From Prochlorococcus sp. MIT 0801 (GTDB taxonomy: Bacteria > Cyanobacteriota > Cyanobacteriia > PCC-6307 > Cyanobiaceae): 32,000 nucleotides of DNA. This document shows positions 27,075 through 32,000 of the stretch, piece after piece. Position 1 is the first letter of the stretch; each line of letters opens with the position of its first letter. The DNA lies in NCBI RefSeq assembly GCF_000757865.1, contig NZ_CP007754.1, positions 450,001 through 482,000 on the forward strand, in the 5' to 3' direction. The notes under the pieces are model-generated. The model did not search any database. It had not been told where the DNA came from and saw nothing but the letters and a program-made list of their open reading frames with translations. A program made the translations under genes and the position numbers.

Positions 27075-27311
27075 ATGCTTACTACAAAAAAAGCAGAACT
27101 TTTTAGCAACAAAAGAAACTCTGTCAAGCTCAAAACGGCTAAGAACAAAATGATGAGATTGTTCGATGTCGTGAATAAGCTGGATGAGAGAAAAAAATCG
27201 AATAAAAAGGCAGAGGATGAATATATAAGTCGTGGTAGATCGTTCCTACTTATATATGAAGAGCGGTTCAAAAATGATCAAAAGGAATTTGAAAAAGCTT
27301 TAGATGAATAA
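27075..27311 (+). CDS. hypothetical Lys/Glu-rich small protein
   Basis: 78-aa ORF with ATG. The purine-rich sense strand produces a Phe/Leu/Ser-rich antisense shadow ORF (27068..27271), which favours the plus strand as coding. No family recognised. Confidence 0.35.
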   Translation: MLTTKKAELFSNKRNSVKLKTAKNKMMRLFDVVNKLDERKKSNKKAEDEYISRGRSFLLIYEERFKNDQKEFEKALDE

Positions 27312-27668
27312 AAATTTGCAGAAAGTCAACATAGAACAGAGAGGCAAAAAGAGACAGGTTTTCAATCTGAGGGAAAAATAAAAAGGAGTCAAGGATTTTA
27401 TAAAAAGTGGAAGAGATGACATTGCAGCTAGAAAAGAATTTTGTCGTTAGTTCTTTGAAATGGGACTTTCTATTTCTGTGGATTTAGGAACTGGTTACTT
27501 TGTATTAGGTCTTGGAACAGTAGAAAAAATCGTCTAACTGCTTTAGATCTGACTCTTGAAGATGCTGCCGCTTCTATTAAAGATCAAAAGGTATTGGAAA
27601 TTTAAAAATTAATATCTTTCAAACTACAATAATTCCAAAAAACTAATTTATAATTTAAATAGCATCAA

Positions 27669-29390
27669 CTAAGTATAATTTAAAAGTATTGGTTCTCTGT
27701 CATATATATCTTTTGTTAATTTAGACCTCTTAGACCAAAGTTGCTGATACCAATCAATTCTAGAATCTAATTGATAGCTGAATAATCTGTTATTTTTAAC
27801 GTATTCTTGTGCTGTCTTACCAATTTCTCTTACCTTATGTGGTTCAAGAATAAAATTAGTTAATATATTACATAGTGATTCAGAATCTTCGAAAAATAAA
27901 GCTTCGATTCCATCTCTGAAATTCTCACTATAAACTGTAGGAGATGATATTAAAGCTAATCCAAAAGAAGCAGCCTCAACAGCTTTAAGGTCAGATTTAC
28001 ATTGATTAAAATGATTATTACATAAAGGCAAAAAACAAATATCACACTCTTTCATAATATCAAGATAAGTAGGATAGTCACATGTGGGTGTAAATCGTTT
28101 GTGAGACGAATCTACTTCTAAAGAATTATAAAAATCAAGGTCATGAATAACCTCAAAAAATAATCTAGAGGGATACTTGTTTGCTATATTATTTAAAGAT
28201 CTCATCCATGGTTGCCAATCTCTTTTTCGATTAATAGCTCCAAAAAAAATCTTAAGATAAGTAGTATTTATAGAATTTCTTATTTCACCAATTTGAGAGA
28301 CAGTATTATTAAATACCTGAACTTCAGGATTAAATTGTTTTAGGTAATTGGCTAAAAATAAATTAGAAGTTTGAATTGCATGTGCACTAGTAAAAGTAAA
28401 ATCCCAACCACTATATCTCTTTGGTATAATATTTGGATCATCATCATAATCAATAATAATAAGATAATTATTATTGATTAATTTTTTAATTTTATTAATA
28501 TCATTTTCATTTCTAAGATGAATTGGTCTTGAAATAATTACGATTTTAGGAAATTCAGTTATCTCTTTATTAAGTATAAATGTATTTGATATATTAACTT
28601 CAAAATTGGGATTAGTAGAGATTGATTTGTAAGGTACTATTATCCTAGAGTCAGAAACACCTTGAATATCCATATCACCAAGTAAAACATTAATTTGCTG
28701 GTGATTTTTTTTACTTATATGTGTGAATCTACTAATATAGAATGAGGGAGAAATTCTTGTAAAGAATTTCTCCCTATCAACACCTAAATTAGTTAAGGAA
28801 GAATCTAGACTTTCAATAAATTCATTACATTCCTGTTTATCAGAAAGCGAGCTTATAGCACTAATATCAAATAGTCTAAATGGCGTTAAATTAAAGATAG
28901 AAGAAATATTTTCAGGTGTTATTCTCTTCACAAATTCAGACTCACATAAAACCTGACTTATTAAATCACTTTCATTAAAAAATCTTTTTAAAAAACTCCA
29001 ATGATTGATATTTGAAAAAAGAGTAATTAAAACAGCATCTTTTTTTAAAAGATCTGTTTGTTTTTTAACTAATCTTGTAGGATCATTAACTTGTTGAAGT
29101 ATATTTGAATAGATAACACAGTCTAATTGAGGTAACTTATCTATCCAAATTGAATAATCTTCTATATCACAAATAAAAACTTTATCCAATTTTTCTTTCG
29201 CAATTTTTCCTTTATTGACAGAAGATTCAATTCCAATATATTCTACCAATGGATTCTTATTCTTAAAATTAAAACCAAGAGATCCATCTCCACATCCAAC
29301 TTCTAAAACAACCTTAGAATTTAGTGGAATCCGAGAAAGAATCTCATTATTTCTATAATTCAAGAAAGAGTTATTTAAAAAATTTTCCAT
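27669..29390 (-). CDS. SAM-dependent methyltransferase / GT-B glycosyltransferase fusion protein
   Basis: 573-aa ORF. The N-terminal ~140 aa have the class I methyltransferase motif I 'VVLEVGCGDGSLG' and 'VIYSNILQQVNDP'. The C-terminal ~200 aa resemble a GT1/GT4-type C-domain ('CDICFLPLCNNHFNQCKSDLKAVEAASFGLALISSP'). Confidence 0.8.
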   Translation of the reverse strand: MENFLNNSFLNYRNNEILSRIPLNSKVVLEVGCGDGSLGFNFKNKNPLVEYIGIESSVNKGKIAKEKLDKVFICDIEDYSIWIDKLPQLDCVIYSNILQQVNDPTRLVKKQTDLLKKDAVLITLFSNINHWSFLKRFFNESDLISQVLCESEFVKRITPENISSIFNLTPFRLFDISAISSLSDKQECNEFIESLDSSLTNLGVDREKFFTRISPSFYISRFTHISKKNHQQINVLLGDMDIQGVSDSRIIVPYKSISTNPNFEVNISNTFILNKEITEFPKIVIISRPIHLRNENDINKIKKLINNNYLIIIDYDDDPNIIPKRYSGWDFTFTSAHAIQTSNLFLANYLKQFNPEVQVFNNTVSQIGEIRNSINTTYLKIFFGAINRKRDWQPWMRSLNNIANKYPSRLFFEVIHDLDFYNSLEVDSSHKRFTPTCDYPTYLDIMKECDICFLPLCNNHFNQCKSDLKAVEAASFGLALISSPTVYSENFRDGIEALFFEDSESLCNILTNFILEPHKVREIGKTAQEYVKNNRLFSYQLDSRIDWYQQLWSKRSKLTKDIYDREPILLNYT

Positions 29391-29440
29391 AAGCTATTAA
29401 ACATAAATTGATTAAATAAGAGATAAAAGTTAGATATAAT

Positions 29441-31384
29441 TTATGAATTTATGAATTTATAATATATATCCTCTAATTTATCTTCTAGATTTTTTGTGAA
29501 AATATTAGTATTAAAATAATTCGAATTATGAATCTTATGATTAATCTTAGTTTTTATTTCATTTAATAGTTGTTTATTGTTTGCTAATTCAATAGCCTTA
29601 TATTCATATTCATTAATATCTTTGGCCACTAAGTATGTGAGGTCTAAAGATTTTAAAATGCTTGTTGCCATTCTAGAAGCATAACTTTCTCCAGATAACG
29701 TTAGCAATGGAAGACCACTTCGTAAATACATCCAAGCAGTAGCTCCAGAATTATAATTAAAAGTATCTAAAGCTAAGTTTGCTAGCTTTTGCCTTGACAT
29801 ATGTTCCCGGAGCTTGATTGGTTCACAAAAAATTATTCTTGAAGGATCGATGCCTCTTCTTAAAGATTCCTTCTGTATATTTCTTTCGACTAAATTATTA
29901 GACCTAATAAGCCATAAAATACTATTCTCAATTTTTGAAAGAACCCTCATCCAAGAATCAAATTCTACTGGTCCTATTTTATAATTCGTATTAAAACAAC
30001 AGAAAATAAAAGACTTCTGATATATACCAAATTCTTCTACTTTAAATGTTCTATTTGAGATAGATAATGTATCATCATTACATTGATAATTATCTGGCAT
30101 ATAAATAACTTCTTCAGAATAATATTTCTTATACTCTTGAGGGATTAAATTTTTATCTGCGATTATATAGTCAATTACTTCAGAACCAGTAGTGCAAGGA
30201 TAGCCTAAATAAGAAATTTGGATTGGAGCTGGTTTGTATGCAAAAATTCCATGTCGGCTGCTATCTGAATAGCCCATTAAATCAATAGCTATATCAATTT
30301 CATCTGATACAACTAATTCAGCAACTTCTAAGTCGTTCAGTTTCTCAACATCACGATAAGAATCCGAGGCATAAATAATACGGTTAGTATAATTATCATG
30401 CTTACTTCCAACTAATGAATAAGAAAATAACTTAAATTTATCCCTATTATGTAATTCTAAAACTCTTACGAGCAAATGAGAAACAGCATGTTCGTAAAAA
30501 TTACCAGAGAAGTATCCTATGCGGATTCTTTTATGCTGTTTAAGTCTTAACGAAAACCTCTTTCTTTTAAAGTTATGATCAAAATATCGCCTGGCTCTAA
30601 TCAATTGCCGACTTGGAGAATCTTCCATAGAAAGAATACCCATAGGACTTATAGGTATCCCCTTAATCCCTAACTCGTTTAACCATAATCTCCTGGTATT
30701 AAAATTACTCCAGTCGCAAATCTCTCTTTCAAACATTATTAAAGCCTTTTGAATTGAATAATTTTTATTATCTATTTTTAAGCCTTTTTTCAAAAGAGAT
30801 ATAGACTCATAATTATTCTTTAATTTATGATTAGATAATGCTAAATTTAGATATGTATCAGAATAATTATCATTAATTTCAAGAGATTTCATATAACTAT
30901 CTAAAGCCTTATTATAAAAACCTTGTTTATAATATAAATTACCAATATTATAAAAAAGTATAAAGGACTTATTATTAATTTCTAGTGCTAGAGAATAAGC
31001 TTTATAAGCTCCCTTATGATCATCTAGATATTGTCTTGCAAGTCCAAGATTACATAATGCATCGAAGTAATCTGGTTTAATTTTAATTGCATTTTCATAA
31101 GCAGAAACTGCATAAGAGTAATTTTTTTGATTTTTAAATGCTAATCCTAATATCGACCATGCACTATAAGAATTTTTATTTAACGTTATAGCTTTTTTAC
31201 AAAAAACTATAACGTTTTTCCAATCTTTATTCTTCGCATAGATAAAAGCGAGATTTTTATAATCATTATGATCAGCCAAGTTTAAGGAAATTAATTTATT
31301 ATAAATGTCCTTAGCTGATTGATATTCTCCTTTTTCAATATAACTTCTTGCAAGAGAATTTTCCTTATCCTTATTGAACGCCAT
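29441..31384 (-). CDS. TPR-repeat protein fused to a SPINDLY/OGT-like (GT41) glycosyltransferase domain
   Basis: 647-aa ORF. About 6 TPR units fill the first ~210 aa (repeated 'A...Y..A(L/I)...P....A..NLG'). The C-terminal half has 'IRIGYFSGNFYEHAVSHLL', 'PIQISYLGYPCTTG' and 'FCCFNTNYKIGPVEFDSWMRVLSKIENSILWL', typical of the bacterial SPY family. Confidence 0.85.
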   Translation of the reverse strand: MAFNKDKENSLARSYIEKGEYQSAKDIYNKLISLNLADHNDYKNLAFIYAKNKDWKNVIVFCKKAITLNKNSYSAWSILGLAFKNQKNYSYAVSAYENAIKIKPDYFDALCNLGLARQYLDDHKGAYKAYSLALEINNKSFILFYNIGNLYYKQGFYNKALDSYMKSLEINDNYSDTYLNLALSNHKLKNNYESISLLKKGLKIDNKNYSIQKALIMFEREICDWSNFNTRRLWLNELGIKGIPISPMGILSMEDSPSRQLIRARRYFDHNFKRKRFSLRLKQHKRIRIGYFSGNFYEHAVSHLLVRVLELHNRDKFKLFSYSLVGSKHDNYTNRIIYASDSYRDVEKLNDLEVAELVVSDEIDIAIDLMGYSDSSRHGIFAYKPAPIQISYLGYPCTTGSEVIDYIIADKNLIPQEYKKYYSEEVIYMPDNYQCNDDTLSISNRTFKVEEFGIYQKSFIFCCFNTNYKIGPVEFDSWMRVLSKIENSILWLIRSNNLVERNIQKESLRRGIDPSRIIFCEPIKLREHMSRQKLANLALDTFNYNSGATAWMYLRSGLPLLTLSGESYASRMATSILKSLDLTYLVAKDINEYEYKAIELANNKQLLNEIKTKINHKIHNSNYFNTNIFTKNLEDKLEDIYYKFINS

Positions 31385-31401
31385 ATAAAAGGTTATGGAA
31401 T

Positions 31402-32000
31402 TTAAATAGATCCTATATCTTTGTATTTTACTCTTTTGGATAAGATATTAATAGCAGGCTGTAAGAGTTCATTATAATTAATCCAACCTCCTAATGATTT
31501 TGAATTAATTGGGGACCTAGCCTGAACACTACTAGCTGTACTAATATTCCTCTTAGTGAGATGCGGAAATTGATATTCGTTATTCCATTCCCAACCAAGC
31601 CAACGTATTAATTTCCGGATTTGATAAGAAGGATTTAAAACTAGTTTATCGTAATTTAACATATATATATTTGACGGAAACTTCGATTTATATTTTAATA
31701 TAGTATCTTCTTGTTCAAGATAAAGTCTTGCAGTCTCTTCTAGTGAAGAAGAAAAATGATTTCCCCGATTATCAAAGTTAGCTCTATAAATCGAAAGAAT
31801 ATTATCTAAGGGGTGCCTATAACAATTAATAATCCTAGAATTAGGTATTAAAGAGCAAATTATACCTGCATATTGATAATTAAAAAGCCATTTATCAGTA
31901 CTAATAGAAGAATTAATTCGATTATGATTCATTTTTTGAATGTAAATTTCAGATAATTTTTTATCTAATACATTTTTATTATTATATTCTTCAAAAGAAT
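31402..32000 (-). CDS. sulfotransferase-family protein, 5' end outside the window
   Basis: 'DKWLFNYQYAGIICSLIPNSRIINCYRHPLDNILSIY' and 'RNISTASSVQARSPINSKSLGGWINY' match the bacterial Sulfotransfer_3-type C-terminal half, including the 3'-PAPS-binding region. The frame stays open upstream of the track Met (...SFEEYNNKNVLDKKLSEIYIQK-MNHN...) to position 32000. The N-terminal PAPS P-loop is therefore expected beyond the window. Confidence 0.8.
   Translation of the reverse strand, partial: SFEEYNNKNVLDKKLSEIYIQKMNHNRINSSISTDKWLFNYQYAGIICSLIPNSRIINCYRHPLDNILSIYRANFDNRGNHFSSSLEETARLYLEQEDTILKYKSKFPSNIYMLNYDKLVLNPSYQIRKLIRWLGWEWNNEYQFPHLTKRNISTASSVQARSPINSKSLGGWINYNELLQPAINILSKRVKYKDIGSI

Noticed and set aside
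27068-27271. 67-aa minus-strand ORF.
   Set aside because: It is a Phe/Leu/Ser-rich mirror of the Lys/Glu-rich plus-strand ORF 27075..27311, so the plus-strand frame is preferred.
24204-27650. The 13-mer TAAATTAGTTTTT occurs at 24204-24216 (plus) and as its reverse complement at 27638-27650. In each case it sits shortly after a stop codon in the gene's orientation.
   Set aside because: It is an AT-only sequence in AT-rich DNA. Only the first copy forms a clean hairpin, so I treat it as coincidence or a generic terminator-like composition.
1-32000. I scanned for tRNA, rRNA, CRISPR arrays, IS elements with terminal inverted repeats, and intact integrase/transposase genes.
   Set aside because: I saw no T-loop or acceptor-like tRNA signatures (GGTTCGAATCC-type), no spaced identical repeats and no long recombinase ORF. 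The only hint of a mobile element is the degraded HTH-like frame, which is reported as a finding.

Overview
The window looks like a chromosome segment from an AT-rich marine picocyanobacterium, probably Prochlorococcus. That call rests on gene content, synteny and composition and was not checked by any search. Positions 1-26000 are densely packed conserved core genes: rsmB, chlG, hisF, menG/ubiE, a DUF721 Zn-ribbon protein, vipp1, birA, a MacB/LolD-type ABC ATPase, ndhB and topA. Four tightly coupled genes follow topA: a lipoprotein, a DUF2232 membrane protein, a CobT-like UPF0284 protein and a Tat-lipoprotein solute-binding-like protein. After these come ribE, a cyAbrB regulator, the divergent ctaCDE and ctaAB cytochrome oxidase clusters, an ABC-2 exporter pair and groEL2. 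After groEL2 the character changes. First comes a 58-aa ORF below the ORF-track cutoff. Then a 1.4-kb stretch (26265-27668) has no ORF over 79 aa on either strand. It contains staggered broken reading frames, a T13 tract and a 13-bp direct repeat at both edges. From 27669 to the window end the DNA is visibly more AT-rich and carries three co-directional minus-strand genes. These are a SAM-methyltransferase/GT-B glycosyltransferase fusion, a TPR + SPINDLY/OGT-like (GT41) glycosyltransferase, and a sulfotransferase whose 5' end lies beyond the window. This accessory block and its decayed junction are the most likely place for something undescribed, possibly a protein or glycan glycosylation-sulfation module. 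I found no rRNA, tRNA, CRISPR array or intact transposase/integrase. All family calls come from motifs read in the translations; no database search was run.
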